Shown in pieces: positions 9,592 through 21,330 of a stretch of DNA of 64,000 nt. Under the pieces are notes generated by a model that searched no databases, was not told the DNA's origin, and worked only from the letters and a program-made list of their open reading frames with translations. The position numbers and the translations under genes were made by a program. Position 1 is the stretch's first letter; each line of letters starts with the position of its first letter. This stretch comes from an uncultured Gemmatimonadales bacterium (lineage in GTDB: Bacteria; Gemmatimonadota; Gemmatimonadetes; Longimicrobiales; RSA9): the NCBI GenBank assembly GCA_963741945.1, contig CAVUKA010000008.1:96001-160000 (forward strand), read 5' to 3'.

Positions 9592-11140
9592 CCCGGGCCG
9601 CCGCCCTCGGCCTGGCTTCGCTCGCCGCCATCCTCTCGGCCGGCGCGGTCCCCCACGCCGCAGGAGCGCAGGTCCCGTTTCACCCCGGTGTCGCCCGCCA
9701 GGAATCCGTCACGGTCGTGCTCAGCGGCGCCGCGGACGTCGCGCTCGACCGCCGCCTCGCCCTGCTGCTGCGCGAGCACCCGGCCATGGTGACCACGGAC
9801 GTGCGCCTGCCGCCGAACGATACGATCCGGCGCTCGGTCCTCGTGCTCGATGCCACGATCGTGGTCGAGGGCGTGATCGAAGGCGATCTCGTCATCGTCG
9901 ATGGCGGCGCCTTCGTGCGCCCGAGCGCCGTGGTGCGCGGCGACATCGTGAACATCGCCGGCGGCCTCTACCGCTCCGAGCTGTCGCGCATTTCCGGCAG
10001 GATCCTCGACCTCCCCGCCGCGGCCTACCGGGTGGTGCGGGAGCCCGAGCACCAGCGGATCGTGATCCGGGCGTCCGCCAGACCCTCGCCCATCGAGCTC
10101 GACGGCTACATGGGCCTTCACGTCCCCGACTACGACCGCGTCAACGGCGTGACTGCCGTGTGGGGAGCGCGATACCGGTTCCCGCTCCTGGGCAATGTCA
10201 CGCCGTCCGTCCACGCGCAGGGTGGGTGGATGACGGGAAGGGGTGAGCCGGAGTACGAAGCGGACGTTTCCGCGCACTGGGTCGGCGCCCGCGTCGGAGC
10301 CGGATACGAGCACGGGTGGGCCACCCACGACCGGTGGATCAGGGGCGATCTCCAGAACTCCCTGGATTTCCTCTGGGACGGCGATGACCTTCGCGACTAC
10401 TACGCCGTCAACCGCGCGTGGGGCCGGGTGGCGAAGGAGTTCGGAGATGTGGACAAGAGCCTCTACGCCGTCCTCTCCGTCACGGGCCAGGCCGAGGATG
10501 CCCGGTCCCTCCAGGGCGGGCAGCCGTGGACCCTCTGGGGCGACAGCGCCCGCGCCAATCCGTCCATCCTGGAGGGTCGGACCACCAGCGCCATCGCGGC
10601 CGTGGACCTGGAATGGCGGGGTCAGCAATCCATGTTCGACGGGCGCCTCGAATACGAACGCGCACAACAGGTGGTCGGTGGCGATTTCGCCTTCGATCGC
10701 GTGGCCGTGCGCGGCGAGTGGGCCATGCACGCCCTCTTCCGGCACACCCTCGAGATCGAGACGTATGTCCAGACGCCGATCGGCGGACGACCACTCCCCC
10801 CCCAGCGCTGGAGCTTCGTCGGTGGGTCGGGCACCCTCCTCACGCTCCCGGTCGCCGCCCAGATCGGCGACCATGTGGTGTTCGTCGAGTCCCGCTACAT
10901 CATTCCACTTCCACGCACTCTCGCCCTCCCCGTTCTCGGCGCCCCCGACTTCGAGCTCATCCACGCAGCCGGGTCCGCGTGGACCTCCCATGGCGAAGGC
11001 GACTTCCAGCAGGAAGTCGGCGCAAGACTCCAGTTCCCCGGCGTGTACGTGCGCTACATGATTCAGCCGACCGACCTCGCGGTAGGCCGCTTCGACCTCG
11101 CTCTCTCGTGGCCTTTCGGCACCCGACATCCGTGGCAACG

Positions 11141-11144
<4 letters not shown>
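9588..11144 (+). CDS. Secreted protein: N-terminal beta-helix-like segment plus probable outer-membrane beta-barrel
   Basis: Signal peptide, VEGVIEGDLVIVDGG/VVRGDIVNIAGG repeats, then amphipathic aromatic-rich beta strands. Translationally coupled at both ends. Confidence 0.65.
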
Positions 11145-13617
<2,473 letters not shown>

Positions 13618-13618
13618 C

Positions 13619-14521
13619 ATGGGGTCCACCATCGAGGGCGCCGCCGCTGGGGGCGAGGCGCAGTGGTTCCGGGCGGACGGGCCATTCTTCGTGATAGCCG
13701 GGCCCTGCGTCCTGGAGGATGACGCGCTGAACCTTCGCGTGGGCGAGGCGCTGGCGCGGATCGCCGATGACCTGCACCTCCCCATCATCTTCAAGGCTTC
13801 CTTCGACAAGGCCAATCGCAGCCGCCTCGGCTCCCCCCGCGGCCCGGGTCTCGACCACGGCCTTGAGCGTCTTGCCCGCGTCCGCCGCGGCACCGGCCTT
13901 CCCCTGCTCACCGACATCCACGAGGCCGCACAGGCCGCCGCCGCCGCCGAGGTCTGCGACGTGCTCCAGATCCCGGCATTCCTATGCCGGCAGACCGACC
14001 TCCTCCAGGCCGCCGGCGCCACCGGGCGCGCCGTGAACATCAAGAAAGGACAGTGGATGGCCCCGGAGGAGATGGCCGGAGCCGCCGCCAAGGTCCGGAG
14101 CGCGAGGCGCGACGCGGGTGGCGCCGGCGACAACGGGGTGGCGGTGACCGAGCGAGGCACGTTCTTCGGCTTCGGCGACCTGGTGGTCGACATGCGCTCG
14201 TTCAGCCGTCTCCGCGCGGCCACGGGCGCTCCGGCCGTGTTCGATGGCACCCACTCGGTGCAGCGCCCCGGCATGGGACCGGGCGTGAGCGGCGGCGACC
14301 CCGAGTTTATCGCCCCGCTGGTGCGCGCCGCCGTGTCGGCGGGCGCCGACGGACTGTTCATGGAAGTCCACCCGACGCCGAGGGAAGCTCCCTCCGATAG
14401 CACCAACATGCTCCCCCTCGCGTCGTTCCGCCCTCTTCTCGAACAGGTGCTTGACCTCCGGGCGATGCTCTTTGGAGATGGCGACGACGGGCCCGAGCGG
14501 GACGCGGCCGCCCGTGGCTAG
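13619..14521 (+). CDS. kdsA: KDO 8-phosphate synthase
   Basis: IAGPC, KASFDKANRS, QIPAFLCRQTDL, KKGQ, DGTHSVQ motifs. Confidence 0.96.
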   Translation: MGSTIEGAAAGGEAQWFRADGPFFVIAGPCVLEDDALNLRVGEALARIADDLHLPIIFKASFDKANRSRLGSPRGPGLDHGLERLARVRRGTGLPLLTDIHEAAQAAAAAEVCDVLQIPAFLCRQTDLLQAAGATGRAVNIKKGQWMAPEEMAGAAAKVRSARRDAGGAGDNGVAVTERGTFFGFGDLVVDMRSFSRLRAATGAPAVFDGTHSVQRPGMGPGVSGGDPEFIAPLVRAAVSAGADGLFMEVHPTPREAPSDSTNMLPLASFRPLLEQVLDLRAMLFGDGDDGPERDAAARG

Positions 14522-15104
14522 CCGTCCGATCCCCCGTGACCTGGCGCACCGGATCCGGATGGTGGTGCTGGACGTGGACGGCGTGCTGACCGACAACGGC
14601 GTCTACATCGGTGCCACCGCCGCCGGCGAGCGGGTCGAGCTGAAACGCTTCCATATCATGGACGGGATCGGGCTCAAGATGCTGCAGTGGGCGGGGCTGC
14701 ACGTGGTGCTGGTCAGCGGGCGCGAATCCCCCGCTACGAAGCTCCGCGCCGCGGAGCTCGGGATCGAAGCCCGACAGGTGGAGGGTGGGTACAAGCTCGA
14801 CACCGTGCAGGAGATCCTGGACACCGACGGAATCGGGTGGGAGGCGCTGGCCGTGATTGGCGACGATCTGGCCGATCTCCCGCTGCTCGATCGCGCGGGT
14901 CTCCCCGGCACCGTGCCGAACGGGGCCGCCGAGCTGAAGGCGCGGGCTCACTGGGTGGCGTCGCTGCCGGGCGGAAGCGGCGCCGTGCGCGAGTTCGCCG
15001 AAGCGCTGCTGAAAGCCCGGGGTCAGTGGTCGTCGCTGGTGGCTGCCTACCAGCAGTCGCGCGAGCGGGGTGGTGACGTGGGGGAACACATGGAGCGCGA
15101 ATGA
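14514..15104 (+). CDS. kdsC: KDO 8-phosphate phosphatase (HAD)
   Basis: LDVDGVLTD, DGIG, IGDDLAD, GGSGAVRE motifs; start uncertain (GTG 14514 or a later ATG). Confidence 0.92.
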   Translation: MASRPIPRDLAHRIRMVVLDVDGVLTDNGVYIGATAAGERVELKRFHIMDGIGLKMLQWAGLHVVLVSGRESPATKLRAAELGIEARQVEGGYKLDTVQEILDTDGIGWEALAVIGDDLADLPLLDRAGLPGTVPNGAAELKARAHWVASLPGGSGAVREFAEALLKARGQWSSLVAAYQQSRERGGDVGEHMERE

Positions 15105-16120
15105 ATCGACCGATCGTTCGTCCCGACGGGACTGCGCGAGGGCCTGTGGAGAACGGGGACGAGCTGCTCGAGCGGGCCAGGGGCGTGGTGCGGGCGGAAG
15201 CCGCCGCCGTGGCCGGACTGCAGGAGCGGATCGGCGACGATTTCCTCGAAGCCGTCTCCCTGATCTCGAGGGCCTCGGGCCGGGTGATCGTGAGCGGCGT
15301 CGGCAAGAGCGGGATCGTCGGGCGCAAGATCGCGGCGACCCTGACGTCCACCGGCACACCCGCCATCTTCCTCCACCCACTCGAGGGGCTGCACGGCGAT
15401 CTAGGGATCGTGGGGCGCGACGATGTCGCCATCCTGATCTCGAAGAGCGGCGAGTCGGCGGAGCTTTTCGGGCTCATGGATTTTCTGAGCCGTTCGGGGG
15501 TATCCATTGTCGCGATGACGGGACGCCTCGATTCCTCGCTGGCCCGAGGGGCGAAGATCGTCCTCGACTGCTCGGTGGAGGAGGAGGCGTGCCCGATGGA
15601 CCTGGCACCCACCACGTCCACCACGGTGACAGTGGCGCTGGGGGATGCGCTGGCTGTGGCGCTGCTGCTGCGAAAGGGCTTCGGGCCCGAGGACTTCGCG
15701 CGGCTGCATCCCGGTGGCGCGCTCGGTCGCAAGCTGACGCTGCGCGTGGGCGATGTCATGGTGACGGGCGAGGACGAGCTGCCCAGCATCGCCCCCGATG
15801 CGCCCATGCGTCGCTGCGTGGTCCTGCTGGCGGAGCGCCGGGGGACGGTCCCGGTGGTGGATGCTGAGGGGCGCGTCATCGGCGTGGTCACTGCCGGGGA
15901 CCTGACTCGCCTGATGGAGCGGCGCGACGATGTTCTGGACGTGGCCGTGGCCGATGTCATGAACCGTGGTCCGAAGACCACGGGGCCGGAGATGCTCGCC
16001 TCGGCGGCGGTGTTCCAGATGGAGAAGCACGGGATCATGGCGCTGCCGGTGGTCGACGATCAAAGGCGGCTGCTCGGCGTGGTGCACCTGCACGACCTGA
16101 TGCGCGCGGGCGCGGTTTGA
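15101..16120 (+). CDS. kdsD: Arabinose 5-phosphate isomerase (KpsF/GutQ, SIS + CBS)
   Basis: GVGKSG, STGTP, HGDLG, APTTS, HPGG motifs and C-terminal CBS pair. Confidence 0.95.
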   Translation: MNRPIVRPDGTARGPVENGDELLERARGVVRAEAAAVAGLQERIGDDFLEAVSLISRASGRVIVSGVGKSGIVGRKIAATLTSTGTPAIFLHPLEGLHGDLGIVGRDDVAILISKSGESAELFGLMDFLSRSGVSIVAMTGRLDSSLARGAKIVLDCSVEEEACPMDLAPTTSTTVTVALGDALAVALLLRKGFGPEDFARLHPGGALGRKLTLRVGDVMVTGEDELPSIAPDAPMRRCVVLLAERRGTVPVVDAEGRVIGVVTAGDLTRLMERRDDVLDVAVADVMNRGPKTTGPEMLASAAVFQMEKHGIMALPVVDDQRRLLGVVHLHDLMRAGAV

Positions 16121-16155
16121 GCGGGAACAGGGAAAGGGATCGAGAGCCGGTGAGG

Positions 16156-16731
16156 ATGAACAGCGTGCCGAACAGGGGGATCCGGAGACCGGGCCGGCGG
16201 GCCGCGAGCGCGATTGCCGCGCTGCTCGCCATCGCGGCGTTCGGGTGCGGCCGGGGCGAAGATCCCACGGGCGGCAGCAATCTGCGCGACCTCCCGGCCG
16301 ACCAGGTGGTGTTCGACCTGCGCATGAACATCAACGACATGGGCGTCGTGCGCGCTCGCCTGCACGCGGACACCGCCTACATCTGGGAAGATTCAGCCAA
16401 GACCCTGATGGTTCCGGTGGACCTCAAGCTTTACGATGATGACGGCGCGGAGACGGCGCACCTGACCGCCGATGAGGGCACGCACTACGCCCGCGACAAC
16501 CGCATGACGGCCCGCGGAAACGTGGTTCTCGTCACCGCCGACGGTGATCGCCGCATTCTCACCGAGGAGCTCCATTATGATCCGCACCAGGGCCGGATCT
16601 GGAGCGATCTCCCCACGGTGATGTTCCAGGGCGATTCGCGCGTGGAGGGGAAGGGGTTCCGGGCCGACGACCAGATGAAGAACATCGAGGTCTTCAAGAG
16701 CACGGGCGAGAACATCGAGATCGAGTTCTGA
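16156..16731 (+). CDS. lptC: LPS export protein LptC (probable lipoprotein)
   Basis: Signal ending AAFGC, beta-jellyroll-like strands (LTADEG, GNVVL, TEELHY); position between kdsD and lptB. Confidence 0.8.
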   Translation: MNSVPNRGIRRPGRRAASAIAALLAIAAFGCGRGEDPTGGSNLRDLPADQVVFDLRMNINDMGVVRARLHADTAYIWEDSAKTLMVPVDLKLYDDDGAETAHLTADEGTHYARDNRMTARGNVVLVTADGDRRILTEELHYDPHQGRIWSDLPTVMFQGDSRVEGKGFRADDQMKNIEVFKSTGENIEIEF

Positions 16732-16732
16732 G

Positions 16733-18337
16733 ATGCGGCGGTCGTGGGTCGGTGCAATCGGGACGGTCCTGGTCCTGGCGGCCCTCCCTGCGGCCGCCGC
16801 TGCGCAGCAGACGCGTACCTGCCGTCAGACGCGCCCATCGGATTTCCAGCGGATCGTGAATGCCTGGGGCCAGGAGCTCCTGTATTTCAAGGACCCGGTC
16901 CGCTGGGTCTGCACGGGCGGCATCCTGCTGGAGGCCGATAGCGCGGTCATGAACCGCGCCGTCAGCACGATCGAGCTGGTGGGCGGAGTGGTGTACCGGG
17001 ACACGGCCCGGGAGCTCACCGCCGACTGGGCCAACTACATGGGCAAGGACGACCAGCTCTATGCCCGGGGAAACGTCGTGCTCCGGGAGCTCGACACCCA
17101 GGCCCGCATCACCGGCGAGACACTGGACTATCGGCGCGCCACGCCGGAGCGGCCCGAGTCCCGCATGATCGTTCAGGGAGGGCGCCCGCACGCCGTCCTT
17201 CCCCCGAGGCCGGACTCCGCCGCGGCCACGCCCCCGGACACGGCGCAGCCGCTCGAAGTATGGGGGCGCGTGATCGAGATCGACAACGAGAACATCTTCC
17301 GCGCCCGCGGGGACGTCGAGCTCCTGCGCGGCGACATGCGGGGCGCCGGGCAGTCGCTTCGTTACAGCGACGCGGAGGAGCACCTGACGCTCAGGGGCAA
17401 GGCCCACGTCGAGAGCGATGCGTATCGGCTGGAAGGCGAGCGCATCGACGCCCAGCTGCAGGGAGACACGCTTCGAGAGGTCCGCGCCGACAGCGCGGCG
17501 CGCCTGGTCTCGGAAGACCTCACGATCCTCTCGCAGCAGCTCCGGATCGGGTTCATTGGCGGCGACATCGATCGTCTGGAAGCATGGACGCCCGGTGACC
17601 GCGTCAGCTCGACGTCCAGAACCGCCCCGGCCGAACCCGGGCGCGCTTCGCCGCGGCCTGCACCCGTTCCCCCCGCGCCAGGCGCCTCCGGGAGCGCTGC
17701 CTCGCCCGCCAGCCCGCCGCCCGGGATGGCGCTGGCCATCGCGAAGGACTTCCGCCTGAGCGCCGACTCCATCGATGCCCGCGCCGACTCCGGCGCGGTC
17801 CGGGAAGTGCGGGCCGTCGGGCGCGCCCGGGGGGAGCGCAAACCGGACTCCACCGGAGCACGGGTGCCGGGGATCGTCGCCCGGGACTGGGTCCAGGGCG
17901 ATACCATCATCGGCTACTTCGACCAGCGGCCGACCGCCGCTCGGCCCGCTGACACGTCCGCCCGGCGCCGCAGTGCCCTGGAGCGTGGCGGCCTGGACAG
18001 CATGAAGACGGTTCCGGAGGGGGACGTGGCCGCCGATGACCTGCGCCGGCGTGGCTCGGAGAGGGCCGATCCGGACAGCCTCGAAACGGTCCTGGAGCGG
18101 ATCGTGGTGATCGGGACCGCCGCTCCGGCGCTCTCCCTCTATCGTCTCGAGCCGGAGCACCCGGGCGGCCCTCGCCCGGTCAATTTCATGAGAGCGAAGA
18201 AGATCGAGCTTTTCCTGACCCACGGAGACGTGGAGCGCGTGGAAGCGGAGGGGCCCATCGAAGGGCGATACCTGGAGCCCGTCCCCCCGAAGCCCGCGGC
18301 AGCCGACACAACGTCCGCCCCGGTCGGGAGACCATGA
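16733..18337 (+). CDS. Long OstA/LptA-like periplasmic beta-jellyroll protein
   Basis: Signal peptide; repeated LEADSA, LTADWA, ARGNV, ARGDV, LSADSI, VQGDTI motifs; lptC-X-lptB position. Confidence 0.7.
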   Translation: MRRSWVGAIGTVLVLAALPAAAAAQQTRTCRQTRPSDFQRIVNAWGQELLYFKDPVRWVCTGGILLEADSAVMNRAVSTIELVGGVVYRDTARELTADWANYMGKDDQLYARGNVVLRELDTQARITGETLDYRRATPERPESRMIVQGGRPHAVLPPRPDSAAATPPDTAQPLEVWGRVIEIDNENIFRARGDVELLRGDMRGAGQSLRYSDAEEHLTLRGKAHVESDAYRLEGERIDAQLQGDTLREVRADSAARLVSEDLTILSQQLRIGFIGGDIDRLEAWTPGDRVSSTSRTAPAEPGRASPRPAPVPPAPGASGSAASPASPPPGMALAIAKDFRLSADSIDARADSGAVREVRAVGRARGERKPDSTGARVPGIVARDWVQGDTIIGYFDQRPTAARPADTSARRRSALERGGLDSMKTVPEGDVAADDLRRRGSERADPDSLETVLERIVVIGTAAPALSLYRLEPEHPGGPRPVNFMRAKKIELFLTHGDVERVEAEGPIEGRYLEPVPPKPAAADTTSAPVGRP

Positions 18338-19554
18338 CGACCGTGACCCAACTCGACGATTTCATTGCCACACTTTCCCGCCACGACGGGTCCGTGGCGC
18401 TCGCGCTGCTGGAGCTGCTCCGTTACGCCGACGCAGACGGCGCCGTCGAGCGGAGCGACTGGGTCGCTGCCGTGCGCATGGCCTTCGCCCGCCTCACGCC
18501 CGACCAGGCGCTGATCCGGCCCGGGCTCGCCGATGAAGGCGACTCCCCGGAGCAACTCGCGCGCTACCTGCGCGACCACGTCCTGAGCCGCGCCGCCGAG
18601 CACGGCCTCGCCTCGCCGTTCCCGAGCATGGACGACTGGCAGGGTGTCCGCATCGACCCGGATCTCTGGACCCGGATCAGCCCCGAGCGGGAAGTGCTGC
18701 TGGACCGCCTCGACAGCGCGGTACGAAACTTGTTAGACCACGAGTGGCAGGCGGCCGCCCGACCGGGCACCCTGCCGACGAGCGGTGAGCGAACGGGCAG
18801 TACGCTGCGATCCGAATCGCTGATCAAGGTCTACCGTAAACGCAAGGCCGTAAATGAAGTCAGTGTAGAGGTTTCGCAGGGCGAGATCGTCGGTTTGCTC
18901 GGGCCGAACGGCGCGGGCAAGACCACCACGTTCTACATGATGGTGGGGCTGATCCGACCCGACGAGGGACGCGTGTTCCTCGATGACCGGGAGCTGACCG
19001 ACACGCCAATGTACAGGCGGGCGAGGGCCGGTGTGGGCTATCTCGCCCAGGAACCTTCGATCTTCAGGAAATTGACCGTAGAGGAGAACATCATGGCCAT
19101 CCTGGAGACGATGGACCTCCCAAGGGCCGAGCGAAAACGACGGCTGGAACGGCTTCTGGATGAGCTCGGGCTGAAGCCGTTACGGAAAGCCAGGGCCTAC
19201 TCCCTCTCCGGCGGGGAACGCCGACGCCTGGAAATCACGCGAGCCCTCGTCAGCGAGCCGAAGTTCATGCTCCTCGATGAGCCGTTCGCCGGCGTCGACC
19301 CCATCGCCGTCCACGACATCCAGCAGATCGTGGGCGACCTGCGCCACCGCGGGATCGGCGTCATCATCAGCGATCACAACGTGGAGCAGACATTGGAGAT
19401 CGTGGACCGCGCCTATATCATGTACGATGGACGTGTTCGCGTCTCCGGCACCGTGGGCGAGCTGGTCTGGAACGACGACGTGGCAGAAATCTACTTCGGT
19501 CCGACACTGACCGAGCGCATGCGCGAGCGATATCTGAAGCCTGATACTGTATGA
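18334..19554 (+). CDS. lptB: LPS export ABC ATPase LptB with N-terminal extension
   Basis: GPNGAGKTT, YLAQEPSIFR, LSGGERRR, LLDEPFAGVDP motifs; upstream of rpoN. Confidence 0.93.
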   Translation: MTTVTQLDDFIATLSRHDGSVALALLELLRYADADGAVERSDWVAAVRMAFARLTPDQALIRPGLADEGDSPEQLARYLRDHVLSRAAEHGLASPFPSMDDWQGVRIDPDLWTRISPEREVLLDRLDSAVRNLLDHEWQAAARPGTLPTSGERTGSTLRSESLIKVYRKRKAVNEVSVEVSQGEIVGLLGPNGAGKTTTFYMMVGLIRPDEGRVFLDDRELTDTPMYRRARAGVGYLAQEPSIFRKLTVEENIMAILETMDLPRAERKRRLERLLDELGLKPLRKARAYSLSGGERRRLEITRALVSEPKFMLLDEPFAGVDPIAVHDIQQIVGDLRHRGIGVIISDHNVEQTLEIVDRAYIMYDGRVRVSGTVGELVWNDDVAEIYFGPTLTERMRERYLKPDTV

Positions 19555-21002
19555 GCATACGAACCGGCCTGTACCAGGGCACACAGCTGAAGCAGGAGAT
19601 GAAGATCAATCCTCGCCTCTACCAGGCGATGGACCTGCTTTACATGCCCCTGATGGACCTCCAGCAGCACATAAAGCAGGAGATGCTGAACAACCCGTTC
19701 CTCGATCTCGAGGATCCTCTTGTGGAACCGGAGGATCTCAAGGCGGAGGACGAGAAGGAGAAGGAGAAGGAAGACGAGATCGACTGGGAGGAGATCCTCC
19801 TGGACGGTTTCGATGCGGGCGGCCGCAAACAGGAGTACGAGCAGAAGGAGTATTACGAGCCGGTCCGCGTCGAGACGCGCGACCTCTCCGACCATCTCCT
19901 GGATCAGCTCAAGCTGATGCGGCTGTCGGCGAGGGAAGTGCTGCTGGGCGAGGAGATCGTCGGCAACATCGACGACGAGGGCTACCTTGCCTGCTCCCTG
20001 GATGAAGTGGTCACATCGCTGAACGAGTGGCTCGAAGAGAACGGCGATGCCTGGGCGCGGGAGGACGACGACATTCAGCCCTATTCCCTGGCCGAAGCCG
20101 AGGAGATGGTGGAGAAGATCCAACGCTTCGATCCACCGGGGATCGGAGCGCGCGACCTGCGCGAGTGCATCCTGCTCCAGTTGCGCGATCTGGAAATGGA
20201 GGACTCTCGCACCTACACCATCGTGCGCGACTACTTCGACCAGCTCATCAATCACCGCTGGTCCGAGATCTCCAAGGAGCTGTCCATCACGCCGCGCGAG
20301 GTCCAGACGGCCGCCGACGAGATCGCCAAGCTGGATCCGAAGCCCGGGCTCAAGTACGCCGCCCCCGCGGACAACTACATCACGCCCGACCTGATCGTCG
20401 AGAAGATCGATGGCGCGTACCACGTCTTCCTGAACGACACCAGTCTGCCCCGTCTCAAGCTTTCGCGGACCTATCGCGAGATCGCCCGGGACAAGAGCAA
20501 GTTCAAGGGGGAGAACAAGGAGTTCATCTCCAACAAGCTCAATAGCGCCAACTGGATGATCCAGGCCATCGAGCAGCGGCGGCAGACGATGTTGAAGGTG
20601 ATGAACTTCATCGTGGACCGTCAGCGCGAGTACTTCGAGCGGGGCGTGCAGTACCTGAAGCCGCTCACGCTCCGGGAAGTGGCCGAGGTCATCGACATGC
20701 ACGAGTCCACGGTGTCGCGCGTGACGAACGAGAAGTACGTGCAGACGCCTCGCGGCGTCCTGCCCCTCAAGTTCTTCTTCTCCAGTGGTCTTTCCACCGA
20801 TTCGGGCGAGGATGTGAGCGCCCGCGGGATCAAGGCGAAGATCGAGAAGCTGGTGGAGGAGGAGAATCCAAAGAAACCGCTCACGGACCAGTCGATCGTG
20901 AACCTCCTCAAGGAAGAGGGGATCCAGATCGCCCGGCGCACCGTGGCCAAGTACCGGGACCAGCTCGGCATCCTCTCCGCCCGCATGCGCAAACGCGTGT
21001 AG
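19551..21002 (+). CDS. rpoN: RNA polymerase sigma-54 factor
   Basis: NPFL, PPGIGARDLRECI, HESTVSR and RpoN box ARRTVAKYR. Confidence 0.97.
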   Translation: MSIRTGLYQGTQLKQEMKINPRLYQAMDLLYMPLMDLQQHIKQEMLNNPFLDLEDPLVEPEDLKAEDEKEKEKEDEIDWEEILLDGFDAGGRKQEYEQKEYYEPVRVETRDLSDHLLDQLKLMRLSAREVLLGEEIVGNIDDEGYLACSLDEVVTSLNEWLEENGDAWAREDDDIQPYSLAEAEEMVEKIQRFDPPGIGARDLRECILLQLRDLEMEDSRTYTIVRDYFDQLINHRWSEISKELSITPREVQTAADEIAKLDPKPGLKYAAPADNYITPDLIVEKIDGAYHVFLNDTSLPRLKLSRTYREIARDKSKFKGENKEFISNKLNSANWMIQAIEQRRQTMLKVMNFIVDRQREYFERGVQYLKPLTLREVAEVIDMHESTVSRVTNEKYVQTPRGVLPLKFFFSSGLSTDSGEDVSARGIKAKIEKLVEEENPKKPLTDQSIVNLLKEEGIQIARRTVAKYRDQLGILSARMRKRV

Positions 21003-21076
21003 GAGACGCGGGAGGCGCGGCAGAGCGGAGGAACCTTGGAGCTTGGAGGCGCGCGCGGAACGTCAGAACCTTCTCT

Positions 21077-21233
21077 CGCGAAGCCGCGAAGATCGCGGAG
21101 GGCTTCATCGGCGGCGCGATCCTCGACGGCTAGGCAAGGTAACCGGCCAAAGAGGGAAGACGTTGCCCAGTGAGCTTCCGGGCGAGGATACGAACTCGCC
21201 CGGAAAGCCTTTCGCGATCTTCGCGGCTTCGCG
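21077..21233. repeat. Long inverted repeat (29-bp arms) in the rpoN-GT2 intergenic region
   Basis: CGCGAAGCCGCGAAGATCGCGGAGGGCTT (21077-21105) vs AAGCCTTTCGCGATCTTCGCGGCTTCGCG (21205-21233): 27/29 Watson-Crick pairs plus 2 G-U. Confidence 0.9.
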
Positions 21234-21330
21234 TGCCCGACGTTCTTCGCGCCTTCGCCCGCCGGGGCGTTCCCCGCGGCTCCCTTCCCACGGTGGCGTT
21301 TCCCCGACGCATTCGGCATAATCCTGCCCC

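Noticed and set aside
21043-21321. 92-aa ORF across the post-rpoN intergenic region
   Set aside because: TTG start, biased composition, and it runs through the inverted repeat; more likely non-coding.
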